Virus record (IMG/VR): IMGVR_UViG_3300037427_003924
DNA from: an uncultured virus (IMG/VR IMGVR_UViG_3300037427_003924)
Lineage: Duplodnaviria > Heunggongvirae > Uroviricota > Caudoviricetes
DNA: 20,000 bases
Strand: one strand, 5' to 3'
How positions within the stretch are numbered: the first letter of the stretch is position 1; the number at the start of each line of letters is the position of its first letter. The translations under genes and the position numbers were made by a program. This document shows positions 1 to 8,157 of the stretch, piece after piece. The notes beneath the pieces were generated by a model. The model worked only from the letters and a program-made list of their open reading frames with translations. It ran no database searches and had not been told where the DNA came from.

Positions 1-143
1 TTGGAGGTTTTATACTCCCACTGTTGAGTTGGGTCCCAAGAAACGATTAACGGGCTGGATGTAGCACCTGTGCCGAGTACTACGGTAGTGGTCAGTAATA
101 CACCAATTGCGAACGACTTCCAATCAAGTATTTTAAGTTTCAT
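1..143 (-). CDS. Secreted hypothetical protein, 5' part only (runs off the window)
   Basis: Not in the ORF track. ATG at 143 gives MKLKILDWKSFAIGVLLTTTVVLGTGATSSPLIVSWDPTQQWEYKTS..., a signal-peptide-like N-terminus, directly downstream of 166..681. Confidence 0.7.
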   Translation of the reverse strand, partial: MKLKILDWKSFAIGVLLTTTVVLGTGATSSPLIVSWDPTQQWEYKTS

Positions 144-165
144 ATTTGTTTATATTGTATATAGC

Positions 166-681
166 TTATTCTCCCGGTTTGTTTCCATCGATGACCTTAT
201 CTCTTTTGTTAGCGAATTCTTTTTTTATCTCAGCGATACGTTGACGAATTTCTGCGCGATGTTTTTTTGCATTTTCAGCCCATTCCTTATGGGTCGCTTT
301 CATCTGATCCCTCAATGCAGCTTTTTGATCATCCGTAGCATCTTTAAACTTGGATTTATCAAAATTGCCTTTCATTTTTTTTGAAGCTTCTGAAAAACTC
401 TTCCTAAGCTCTTTTATCTTTTCGTCATCACGGACAAGCTTCCCGAATGCTCGACCCTTATGGTTAACTTTTTGACCTTTCTTTTTTGCGTTCCCGCGGT
501 GCTTTTTACGCTTATCAAAGGCAGCCTTGAGGCGCTCTTTAATCTTTTCTCGGTCAATCTTCTTTTCAGGGCGAGGTTTATCGGCCTTCCCCTTCTTCTT
601 GTCGGGTCCAGCTTCTGCCGTGGATAACACTGATGCCATTATAGCCACCAATCCGTATTTGAAGATATTTTTAATCATCAT
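166..681 (-). CDS. Secreted Lys/Arg-rich helical protein
   Basis: Signal peptide (KYGLVAIMASVLSTAEA) followed by a highly charged helical body; sigma54-type promoter immediately upstream. Confidence 0.85.
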   Translation of the reverse strand: MMIKNIFKYGLVAIMASVLSTAEAGPDKKKGKADKPRPEKKIDREKIKERLKAAFDKRKKHRGNAKKKGQKVNHKGRAFGKLVRDDEKIKELRKSFSEASKKMKGNFDKSKFKDATDDQKAALRDQMKATHKEWAENAKKHRAEIRQRIAEIKKEFANKRDKVIDGNKPGE

Positions 682-695
682 GGTACTTTTTATTA

Positions 696-712
696 TGCAG
701 GATTTATGCCAA
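696..712 (-). promoter_or_regulatory. Sigma54 (RpoN)-type -24/-12 promoter
   Basis: Minus strand TTGGCATAAATCCTGCA has GG-N10-GC; predicted start near 685, just ahead of the ATG at 681. Confidence 0.65.
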
Positions 713-812
713 AGTGAAAATGATTTTTTAAAGGGGTTTATTTATAGAGCTTTTAAGTCATTGGGTCTTATTGCTCATTTTCCCAAAAACAGTTGGGTAT
801 TATTCCCTATGA

Positions 813-818
813 GTGTAA
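813..818 (+). promoter_or_regulatory. Putative late promoter motif GTGTAA
   Basis: GTGTAA 9 nt before ATG 828; the same motif precedes starts 1710, 1779 and 4542. Confidence 0.5.
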
Positions 819-827
819 CTAAAGTAT

Positions 828-1052
828 ATGAAACAAGCTTACAAGAAAAAATGGATATGTGGTGGAGTGATAGTAGTTATAGCTGCGGGCCTTGTCTTCC
901 TACTCGGTCACAAGAAAGAAGAGATAACCTCTACAGTGCAGGATAAGATCACAGAAAAGGCCACTGAAGCCATTGTTGATAAAGCAGTAGACAAAGTTGC
1001 GGATAAAGCAAAAGAAAAGCTTACAGATGAGATTTCTAAGATATTACCGTGA
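828..1052 (+). CDS. Small single-pass membrane protein
   Basis: N-terminal hydrophobic helix, then charged repeats (VDKAVDKVADKA). Confidence 0.8.
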   Translation: MKQAYKKKWICGGVIVVIAAGLVFLLGHKKEEITSTVQDKITEKATEAIVDKAVDKVADKAKEKLTDEISKILP

Positions 1053-1399
1053 ACAGATTTCATCTGTACGTTACAGAGTTAAGAAAAAGGAAATTCACTA
1101 ATGTCACTAAACTAGCGTCTTACTTAAAAGTCTCTTGTCAAATGTGGCGCAAGGTAGAGCGAGGAATAAACCCTCCCCCGCGAAAATCTCTATTGAGGAC
1201 CTTTTGCCTTGTGGTTTCTGCAAAAGAATATGAACAAAATCAACTTTATCAATTAGCTAGGCGGTGGGAGCCTCATCCTGACACTAACTCCTTGAATCAT
1301 AATCTTTACCACCATGGATTAAAAGAGGATTGGACCCAAGCCATCTTAGAAGAAAATACCCCAGACTATACCCATAGATACTGGAAACCTGTACTTTAA
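1049..1399 (+). CDS. XRE-like helix-turn-helix protein
   Basis: ELRKRK..VTKLASYLKVSCQMWRKVERGINPPP fits an XRE/Cro HTH pattern; GTGA overlap with the upstream stop. Confidence 0.7.
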   Translation: MNRFHLYVTELRKRKFTNVTKLASYLKVSCQMWRKVERGINPPPRKSLLRTFCLVVSAKEYEQNQLYQLARRWEPHPDTNSLNHNLYHHGLKEDWTQAILEENTPDYTHRYWKPVL

Positions 1400-1710
1400 T
1401 AGATTCGACTAAGAACGTCGTTAATGTTATCAAAAGATATTCGGTCTATCCGGACGGATGGAGCTCTTACCCTAGTATTAGCTATTCTCAAACCAAAGAC
1501 GTCATCAGCAGGACAAACCATGTCTTCCACAAAATCCCACAATCCCGTGTGCTTGGCCCATTTATAATAGAGATCAATATTCCTCTCCTCCGCTTCTAAG
1601 AGTATTTGACGTTCTTGTTTCAGAATCCTCAAATAAAGACACACTCCCCGAATGGCCAATGATTCACTTGGAGGTTCTACGATTCCCTCGTAGAAAATTA
1701 AAGCATTCAC
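1396..1710 (-). CDS. Hypothetical protein
   Basis: 104-aa ORF with GTG start 9 nt after GTGTAA (1720-1725, minus). Confidence 0.75.
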   Translation of the reverse strand: MNALIFYEGIVEPPSESLAIRGVCLYLRILKQERQILLEAEERNIDLYYKWAKHTGLWDFVEDMVCPADDVFGLRIANTRVRAPSVRIDRISFDNINDVLSRIY

Positions 1711-1778
1711 GCTTATAGCTTACACTTATTAGGGTTTAATTGGACCATTTCCCAAAAACCCCGTGTAATACATCTTAA

Positions 1779-2141
1779 ATGTCAAAAGAGACTAAAGAAA
1801 AAATAAGTTTTGCAGATTTGGATACTTTTCTTAAAATAGCTCCCGTGATAGGCTTAGCTCTCCTGACATATCTTCAGACTCTATTCCCTAGTAAAGCTGA
1901 ATTTGATAAACTGGAACAGCACTTAATTAAGATGGATAAGAAGATTACGGAGATGACCGTTCTCCAGCAAGCTATTAGCAGCAACACTACAGACCTTCGG
2001 AGAGTCGCCGAAAGGATTCGGCTCCTAGAACTGGAGGTAGCAAAACACAACGCTCAAAGCTCTGCTAAAGTGGGAAAAAACAATTCCCGCACTGTCGCGG
2101 CTAAAAAAAATACCAACGCCTCGGGGGGGAGTAGGAACTAA
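1779..2141 (+). CDS. Membrane-anchored coiled-coil protein
   Basis: One hydrophobic segment (FLKIAPVIGLALLTYLQTLF), then a coiled coil; GTGTAA at 1763-1768. Confidence 0.8.
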   Translation: MSKETKEKISFADLDTFLKIAPVIGLALLTYLQTLFPSKAEFDKLEQHLIKMDKKITEMTVLQQAISSNTTDLRRVAERIRLLELEVAKHNAQSSAKVGKNNSRTVAAKKNTNASGGSRN

Positions 2142-2452
2142 TGAAGTGGATTCTCCCTTTCTTATTTACTTTAGGTTTAAACGCCGAACCAAACTTTGAT
2201 CCAGACGTAGAAGTCAAAATAAAAGGTCTAGTATGCGCCAGTTGCGCTATAGGGGTAAAAAAAGGTTTAGATAAAACTAAACTAGTTAAAAAAGTTAAAT
2301 TTGATACCAGTAAACAATTATGTATAATAGAATACATAAGCATAGAGATCCATCCTAGCCAAATTAATCAAATTGTTAAAGACGCAGGATATCAAGTAAC
2401 CTCTATTAAATGGCTTAAAGATAAAAAGCCAAATAGATATAATAAACCATGA
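2141..2452 (+). CDS. Exported heavy-metal-associated (HMA, MerP/CopZ-like) domain protein
   Basis: Signal peptide plus IKGLVCASCAIGVKKGL (GxxCxxC) and C-terminal IVKDAGY typical of HMA domains. Confidence 0.85.
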   Translation: MKWILPFLFTLGLNAEPNFDPDVEVKIKGLVCASCAIGVKKGLDKTKLVKKVKFDTSKQLCIIEYISIEIHPSQINQIVKDAGYQVTSIKWLKDKKPNRYNKP

Positions 2453-2961
2453 TGAAAAATATAATCCTATTAACAGCGACAATTCTCTTATTCACAGGAT
2501 GCACTTGGACTTTCGTTGGTAACGAAAGGTCTGACGATATAAAATTAAAAACCGACCCAGCCAAGTTTACACTGACAGTAATAAACCATACTGACTCTGC
2601 TATGAAATGGGAACAGACTTGGGCTATGACTGGTCCCGATTCTGGAATAGTAGCAGCGGGAGAAACTGTAGCCTTATCGTCCAATGAAACGGGAGGGGAT
2701 GTAATCACCATTACTCCGGTGCCACCCAAATCAGTTAAGAAACCAAACCCTCAAAATGGAAAGTTCCAAATGACTTATGGTTGGGATGGTCATATAGCCC
2801 GTGTCTATGCCGACAATGTTAAAAACGTGGGTAGTCCAACAAAAGATGTTCATTACCCCGGATGTAATTGGATCTACGCAACTAAATGGCTAAAACCTTC
2901 AGGCGTCCAAACAAACGCGAGTAATACCGTTACATTCACCACAAAACCTTTCTCTGAGTAA
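2449..2961 (+). CDS. Putative lipoprotein, beta-rich
   Basis: Lipobox LFTG-C after a hydrophobic leader; overlaps the upstream stop. Confidence 0.8.
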   Translation: MMKNIILLTATILLFTGCTWTFVGNERSDDIKLKTDPAKFTLTVINHTDSAMKWEQTWAMTGPDSGIVAAGETVALSSNETGGDVITITPVPPKSVKKPNPQNGKFQMTYGWDGHIARVYADNVKNVGSPTKDVHYPGCNWIYATKWLKPSGVQTNASNTVTFTTKPFSE

Positions 2962-2980
2962 AAGAGCTAGATATTTAAAG

Positions 2981-3019
2981 GAAAACCCCCCGTCAATTAA
3001 GACGAGGGGTTCTTTTTTT
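2981..3019. terminator. Intrinsic terminator between convergent genes
   Basis: Imperfect stem aacccc(c)cgtc/gacgaggggtt followed by a T-run. Confidence 0.75.
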
Positions 3020-3041
3020 ATAAACTACTAGAAATTAGCAA

Positions 3042-3338
3042 TTATTTAGTTTCAATAGTAAGTCCACCAGTATGGTGAAGTACGAAGTTGGAAATCCACG
3101 CATAAACTGCGCCTCCTACCCAACCACCTATGCCAAATGCTGCAATGCTCCCCAAATCTGCGGATACTGCCCCACTAATCTTTTCGATACCACCATCAAC
3201 ATCACCTAATGCTCCTGCGCCAATTAAGGCTAATACAGGAAGCACTACGCCCTTGATAGCGCCAGTAGCTACGCCCAGCAAACCTAAAAAGTTAGCTGCA
3301 GAACGTATATGTATTTTTGTAATCTTCATATTCTTCAT
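3042..3338 (-). CDS. Two-helix membrane protein (DUF3566-like)
   Basis: ITKIHIRSAA..hydrophobic..WISNFVLHHTGGLTIE pattern recalled from DUF3566-type proteins. Confidence 0.6.
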   Translation of the reverse strand: MKNMKITKIHIRSAANFLGLLGVATGAIKGVVLPVLALIGAGALGDVDGGIEKISGAVSADLGSIAAFGIGGWVGGAVYAWISNFVLHHTGGLTIETK

Positions 3339-3472
3339 AACAAAACACCGAGCGCAAAAAACTTAGCGAACGGTTAATAACTTTACACCTCCTAGTTCCT
3401 TTTGGGTATAAGGTAGATAAAAAAATCGCAGCCTCCCGGAAGAGACTGCGACTAAAGGAACTTTTAAGATAA

Positions 3473-3655
3473 TTACTCTGAAGTACCAGCTCCGACGTTT
3501 CCGCCGCTAGTGCCAGCACCTACGTTAGCTTTTGGGGCTGGAGTCGGTGCAGGGGTCGGTGCAGGAGCAGACGTTCCTGCTCCAACGTTTCCCGTACCGA
3601 CGTTGCCAGTGTCATCGTAACCGCGAGATCCTGTTCTATTATTGTATTTGCTCAT
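3473..3655 (-). CDS. Small low-complexity repeat peptide
   Basis: Three NVGAGTS repeats with a PAPTPAPTPAP linker; upstream SD AGGAG. Confidence 0.65.
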   Translation of the reverse strand: MSKYNNRTGSRGYDDTGNVGTGNVGAGTSAPAPTPAPTPAPKANVGAGTSGGNVGAGTSE

Positions 3656-3673
3656 TATTTTTTTTCTCCTAAA

Positions 3674-4108
3674 TTAGTCTGGATAAACCTGACCAGTGAC
3701 TACTGCGCCCGAAAAAGCGGGAACACAAACCAAAGCCCATGCCTCGGCGCCATTCCTTATGTCAGAGCTGTTGGCCATCCATCCGGATACGCTATTCTCT
3801 GTCCAACTCCAGTTAGCAGGCAAATCTGGACCAACTCTCTTGGTTCCTGTAACTACACCACTAACTCCAGTTAAATCCATGTAAGGGTAGTGATCTGTAC
3901 CACTAACCATGCCGCAAGTGTAACTATTCCAGCGTTCAATAGGAGGTGCGCCATTATTGTAGTATTCTACATTATGATAGCCCCAAATATTAACATTAGC
4001 GTTTTGATCAGCTGCGGTTGAGGCAGAGGTGTTAACTTCAACTATACCATAGTCCCAATAACTAAGAGTTGAACCGGCGTCTGTAGTAATTTCTTTATAA
4101 AGTCCCAT
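3674..4108 (-). CDS. Hypothetical protein, paralog of 4111..4542
   Basis: Start revised to ATG 4108 (MGLYKE), which aligns with MGLNLN of the paralog. Confidence 0.85.
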   Translation of the reverse strand: MGLYKEITTDAGSTLSYWDYGIVEVNTSASTAADQNANVNIWGYHNVEYYNNGAPPIERWNSYTCGMVSGTDHYPYMDLTGVSGVVTGTKRVGPDLPANWSWTENSVSGWMANSSDIRNGAEAWALVCVPAFSGAVVTGQVYPD

Positions 4109-4110
4109 GA

Positions 4111-4542
4111 TTATTCTCCTTCTGTCAATGCGTCGGTTGCTCCTGAGAAAAACGGCACACATACTTTAAGCCATGTATATGCCCCACTCCTAATATCATC
4201 ACTTCTCTGCATCCATCCGGATACTCCGTTTTCTAGAGGGTCCCATCCGTCTGGAAGAGGTACCTCTCGTTCTGACCCAGTCACTACGCCGGAAACTCCG
4301 GTTAAATCGTGATAAGGGTAAAAATCTGTTCCACTAGCATATGTACAGTTGTACATGTTACCATCCACGGAAGGAGCCCCGGCATTTCGGTAAGCTTCGC
4401 TTGTAAACCCTAAAGTGTTTACGTTGGCCATGTATTGAGAGGATTCAGGGTCCGTGCCCTGAAACCAGTCTTCTACCCGACTTATTTTCCAGTAGTTGGC
4501 TGCTTGTCCATCTGGCTTGGTATAATTTAAGTTAAGACCCAT
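4111..4542 (-). CDS. Hypothetical protein, paralog of 3674..4108 (possibly tail-associated)
   Basis: Shares SGTDxYPYxDLTGVSGVVTG, ENxVSGWM, DIRxGA and VCVPxFSGA; GTGTAA at 4554-4559. Confidence 0.85.
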   Translation of the reverse strand: MGLNLNYTKPDGQAANYWKISRVEDWFQGTDPESSQYMANVNTLGFTSEAYRNAGAPSVDGNMYNCTYASGTDFYPYHDLTGVSGVVTGSEREVPLPDGWDPLENGVSGWMQRSDDIRSGAYTWLKVCVPFFSGATDALTEGE

Positions 4543-4587
4543 GTTAGTAAATATTACACATTAAAAATTAAAAATACTATTTTTTTT

Positions 4588-4857
4588 TCAAAAAGGACTC
4601 TTGTTATGAGAGCTTTCGGCGCTGGATGGTTTATTCTTGCCATAATAAGACTTTTTGTAGGTTTTGACTTTGTCTGGATTGCTTTTTTGCCATTCCGTCA
4701 CCTTTTCAATGATTTTGTTTTTGTTTTTTTCGTAGTATTTCTTCGCGGTCTGGTTATCACATTCTTTACAATAATACTTCAACCCATCCTTGGTACTACT
4801 TTGCTTTCTAAAAGCTCCAAGAGCTTTTGCCTCTTTGCATTTGGTACATATTTTCAT
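4588..4857 (-). CDS. Zn-binding protein resembling the N-terminal domain of phage HNH endonucleases
   Basis: MKICTKCK..F..DGL...CKEC plus a basic helix; no HNH motif; start revised to 4857. Confidence 0.7.
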   Translation of the reverse strand: MKICTKCKEAKALGAFRKQSSTKDGLKYYCKECDNQTAKKYYEKNKNKIIEKVTEWQKSNPDKVKTYKKSYYGKNKPSSAESSHNKSPF

Positions 4858-5127
4858 TATGAAGCATTGTATAGTTCTAGCGCCGATTATTCTAAAAGTA
4901 TTTTTGAAAAATATACTTGGATAGACGTTCACGGTATTTTTGAAAATATAGGAAAAAAAGGCTCGTGGAAAATGAAATTTAACACCCCCCGCTCGCTCTG
5001 ACTCTGAAACAGGATTTCCCTTTTAGAAAAGGGGGGCTTTCCCTAGTTGAGGGAAGAGGCACAGGGAAGGACTCAGGAGGTTGGAGGTGGGTGGGGACTC
5101 AGAGGGTAGGGGACTCAGAGGGCTGGG

Positions 5128-5457
5128 CTAGCCAACCCTCCCATCCGCACAGGTCTCGCACACTGGCACGGCCTTGTGTTCCTCGTCGTGGTTCACTACG
5201 CAGCTCTCCAATGGGAACCAACCGCCGCAGCAAAAACACTTGGCGACATCCTCAGCGATAAACACTTGGTCGCTCAACCCTACTGAAACATTGTCGCCGA
5301 GTATGATAAACTCCTTTGGCACGTCAGCCCATCCAATGTCACCATCCCAGCTCATAGGAATATCATCATCCTCTAGCTTGGGCGGTGCGCCATAGGGGAA
5401 ATTGTTAGCTCCCTGCAGGTGGTTGGCTGTGTTATCTGTCATTGCGTGAAATCTCAT
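5128..5457 (-). CDS. Acidic protein with C-terminal Zn ribbon
   Basis: CFCC and CETC pairs; start taken at MRF (5457), just after the upstream stop. Confidence 0.7.
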   Translation of the reverse strand: MRFHAMTDNTANHLQGANNFPYGAPPKLEDDDIPMSWDGDIGWADVPKEFIILGDNVSVGLSDQVFIAEDVAKCFCCGGWFPLESCVVNHDEEHKAVPVCETCADGRVG

Positions 5458-5458
5458 T

Positions 5459-5734
5459 TTAGTAGTTGTCTTTGTGGAATCTGCCCTTTGGTGTCCTGTC
5501 TTCAAAACACTTTTCAATCTCAACAACTCGGTGAATGTCGCCGTTGGTCGTTGTGCTGTTAACCGCTTCCGCGTGGTACTGGTCGATCATCTCCTGCTCG
5601 GTTGTGCCTAGCGGGTAGGTGTTACCAAGTACGCTGTTGACGCTTGCGAGGTAGTGGTTGCCCGTGTAGTTCGGGTTGCGCTCCACCTTGAATGTGACGT
5701 TTAAGAAGTTTATGTATTCTGTTGTATCTCTCAT
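5459..5734 (-). CDS. Early hypothetical protein (near-leaderless)
   Basis: TTGCAA(5768-73)-17-TATACT(5745-50)-10 nt-ATGAGAGAT; start revised to 5734. Confidence 0.85.
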   Translation of the reverse strand: MRDTTEYINFLNVTFKVERNPNYTGNHYLASVNSVLGNTYPLGTTEQEMIDQYHAEAVNSTTTNGDIHRVVEIEKCFEDRTPKGRFHKDNY

Positions 5735-5759
5735 AACTGGGAATAGTATAGCTAAAGAC

Positions 5760-5885
5760 TCATAACTTTGCAAGCTTTTTCTTTAACTTTCTTACCTTTT
5801 TTTTCTGACGTTTAATCTCTTGCTGGAGTGATAGGATGACTGGACAATCTCCACTAAACCTACCCTTGTGATCGACATCAAGCAT
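5760..5885 (-). CDS. Small basic peptide (41 aa)
   Basis: MLDVDHKGRFSGDCPVILSLQQEIKRQKKKVRKLKKKLAKL; start overlaps the end of 5878..6105; not in the ORF track. Confidence 0.45.
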   Translation of the reverse strand: MLDVDHKGRFSGDCPVILSLQQEIKRQKKKVRKLKKKLAKL

Positions 5886-6105
5886 CGATCCCCGCCTTGT
5901 CCTCGAGCCACTCAAGTGACTCGCTGAATTCAATCTCGGTGAGTTTGTTCTGGATCTCGGTCAGCTTCTTCTCGGCAATAGCGATCCGCTCTTGGATAGC
6001 TTCCTTGCTTACAAAGGTATCGGCTGCCAATACTTGCAACGCTCCGCGAATGCTCGCGATCTCGCCGCCCTGCTCTCTGATGTGTGCTTGTGTTGTTTCT
6101 CTCAT
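5878..6105 (-). CDS. Early coiled-coil hypothetical protein (near-leaderless)
   Basis: TTGACA(6139-44)-17-TACTAT(6116-21)-10 nt-ATGAGAGAA. Confidence 0.85.
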   Translation of the reverse strand: MRETTQAHIREQGGEIASIRGALQVLAADTFVSKEAIQERIAIAEKKLTEIQNKLTEIEFSESLEWLEDKAGIDA

Positions 6106-6140
6106 AACTTGGTTAATAGTATCAGTTTAATCGGTTGGTG

Positions 6141-6293
6141 TCAACCCTTTTTATTGGCTTTTATTCTAGCGTTAGCCAGTGCATTCAGTGGTGTGTAACC
6201 GTTCCATTCGTCCAGACTGATCTCCTTGACTGTCCGTACTCCATTGACCCAAGGCCCCATGACCTTAACCGTCTTGATGTTCTTATCTCTCAT
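6141..6293 (-). CDS. Early small protein, 50 aa (near-leaderless)
   Basis: TTGCAA(6327-32)-17-CATACT(6304-09)-10 nt-ATGAGAGAT; MRDKNIKTVKVMGPWVNGVRTVKEISLDEWNGYTPLNALANARIKANKKG; not in the ORF track. Confidence 0.8.
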   Translation of the reverse strand: MRDKNIKTVKVMGPWVNGVRTVKEISLDEWNGYTPLNALANARIKANKKG

Positions 6294-6350
6294 AACTGGA
6301 AATAGTATGCCTTAAATCTCAGTTGATTGCAAGCCCTAACTCAAACTTTT

Positions 6351-6515
6351 TTACCATGATCCATCCTTGCGTAAACCGCTCGGAATAGCTGGCCCTACGT
6401 AGCTGTTACCATGACGAAGCTTAGGCTTCCAGTGTTTAACCTTCCCGCGCACTGGGGGGATTGATCCCCCCTTCATTGCACGCTTGGCTGCCTTGCTTAG
6501 TTTTTGATACTTCAT
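6351..6515 (-). CDS. Small basic protein, 54 aa
   Basis: ATGA overlap with the stop of 6512..7567; SD GGGAGG; MKYQKLSKAAKRAMKGGSIPPVRGKVKHWKPKLRHGNSYVGPAIPSGLRKDGSW. Confidence 0.65.
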   Translation of the reverse strand: MKYQKLSKAAKRAMKGGSIPPVRGKVKHWKPKLRHGNSYVGPAIPSGLRKDGSW

Positions 6516-7567
6516 AACCTGCCTCCCTTCTTGGCTGCTCTGGTAGCCCTAGCCAATCGGCCAGCCCAGTTAATGCCGCCATCCTTCTTGACAGGCATCG
6601 CACCTATTAGGTCAGGTCGATCCTCCATCAAGTACGCAGTACGATCAGCGTCAGTAGACCAACCGTAAGCAACCTCCTCCAGATACCTACTGTCCTCCTC
6701 ACTCAACTTCGCAGCCCTCTTGACTACTCGGCTTATGCTGTTAGCTTCGGTCTTCTTGACGTAGTCCGTGCTAATGGCTGGCGTAATGTCAGCCAACTTT
6801 CCGTAAGTAGTGGCTAAAGTCTGAAAAGAAAAGCCAAAAGTCATCATAGGTGCGCCTGAACCATAATAGGTGTGCTGGCTAACTAACTGGACGTTTTTTA
6901 GCCTAGCCTTGCGTAGTATTCGCCGGAAGTCCTTGATGGTCTGCTCGGTCTTGCTTACCGCATCACTCATCGCAGCTTTAGTGAAGTACTGCCTCATCTT
7001 CTGTCGCCAATTAGCGTCGAAGGTGAAGTAAATCAAGCCTGACCCGTTTAAGGTACGAGTGAACACTTGCACCGCTTCCCTAACCTTGGCTGTTGGTGAT
7101 CCACAGAAATCGAGCCATACGAAATCGGCATCGAATTCCCCGCCTCGCCCTGTTTCCTTGAGTTTGGGGCCAATGGGCATCTTGGCGTACTTGTTGCACA
7201 TTAGCTCATTGACATCACCTAGGACGTAATCAGTCTGCACTGTTACGCCGTTAATGTCTCTGGAATCCGCAACGAACTCCCCTTGACGCTTCACTCCGCT
7301 TCTGTCGCCTACTGGCACGGGTGAATCATTGAACACTTTGCGGTCATGCTCGACCACAATGTTAAGCACTCGGTTGGTGCGAGCCGCCTTTGCTGAATGT
7401 ACGGGCGTTTCCTCAAATGAGTTGGTGATACCAGCCAAGCTCACCGTGCGCACGGCAGTAGGTTTAACCTTGACCATGAACTGGGCCACTTGCTGGTTGA
7501 TGCTGGCGCGAACTACGCGCTTGTTGGCTTCCCGTAGGAACTTCTTCGTTTGTGCTGATCTACTCAT
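6512..7567 (-). CDS. Putative SAM-dependent methyltransferase-fold protein
   Basis: Strand motifs in class I MTase order: VSLAG, NIVVEHD, VLGDV, DFVWLDFCG, GLIYFTF. Function is inferred. Confidence 0.55.
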   Translation of the reverse strand: MSRSAQTKKFLREANKRVVRASINQQVAQFMVKVKPTAVRTVSLAGITNSFEETPVHSAKAARTNRVLNIVVEHDRKVFNDSPVPVGDRSGVKRQGEFVADSRDINGVTVQTDYVLGDVNELMCNKYAKMPIGPKLKETGRGGEFDADFVWLDFCGSPTAKVREAVQVFTRTLNGSGLIYFTFDANWRQKMRQYFTKAAMSDAVSKTEQTIKDFRRILRKARLKNVQLVSQHTYYGSGAPMMTFGFSFQTLATTYGKLADITPAISTDYVKKTEANSISRVVKRAAKLSEEDSRYLEEVAYGWSTDADRTAYLMEDRPDLIGAMPVKKDGGINWAGRLARATRAAKKGGRL

Positions 7568-7616
7568 AACAATGTTGCTTTCGCTTCCTTTAACTTACTT
7601 GAATTGGATTAAAACG

Positions 7617-7868
7617 TCAATCATAAAAATAATTTTTATGAATTTTTTCGACACAGCCTTGGTTGTCGGCATTAAGGGGATCAGCGGGATTGATCCCTAA
7701 ACTCCTTGCTACACGCATTCTTGCGCTTGATGAAGGCATCTTTCTTTCCTCGATAGCGTGATTAATGAAGGTGCTGCGGAGGGCTCCCTTAATCTGCCTA
7801 CTCTGCTCCCTTGCTCGTTGTGCAAGCGGTATGTTCCGTTTTTTTCCTTTCCTGCTTTTCTTTCTCAT
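7617..7868 (-). CDS. Early basic protein (near-leaderless)
   Basis: TTGCAA(7903-08)-18-TAGTAT(7879-84)-10 nt-ATGAGA. Confidence 0.8.
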   Translation of the reverse strand: MRKKSRKGKKRNIPLAQRAREQSRQIKGALRSTFINHAIEERKMPSSSARMRVARSLGINPADPLNADNQGCVEKIHKNYFYD

Positions 7869-8000
7869 AACGAAGATGATACTACCCTAAAAACTGATAA
7901 GATTGCAACCCCTAAATGCAAAAAAAATATTTTTTTTTATATTCTTAAAATTTACTCCATGGCATAAGCCTTGCTACTTAAAATTCCAAGCCTTACTACC

Positions 8001-8029
8001 ATTGTACCTCATCCAGCCGCCAAAGTCAA
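8001..8029 (-). promoter_or_regulatory. Sigma70 promoter with no adjacent start codon
   Basis: TTGACT(8024-29)-17-TACAAT(8001-06). Confidence 0.6.
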
Positions 8030-8076
8030 GCGTAAAAATGTTTTTTTCTTAAAAAAGTTTTTTTATTATTCTATGT

Positions 8077-8157
8077 CGTAAGTCATTGACTATCAGGCAC
8101 TTAGGGCCGCGGGGGAGGGCGCCGAAGGCGTAAGTCGTTGATACTCAGTAGGTTACG
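8077..8157. repeat. 81-bp paired-palindrome element, copy 1
   Basis: cgtaagtcattgactatcaggcacttagg + 23-bp GC spacer + cgtaagtcgttgatactcagtaggttacg. Confidence 0.95.

Noticed and set aside
70..946. ORFs 70..384 and 527..946 (+)
   Set aside because: Shadow frames opposite or overlapping better supported genes.
4588..4932. Active HNH homing endonuclease
   Set aside because: Only the N-terminal Zn-binding part is present; there are no HNH catalytic residues before the stop.
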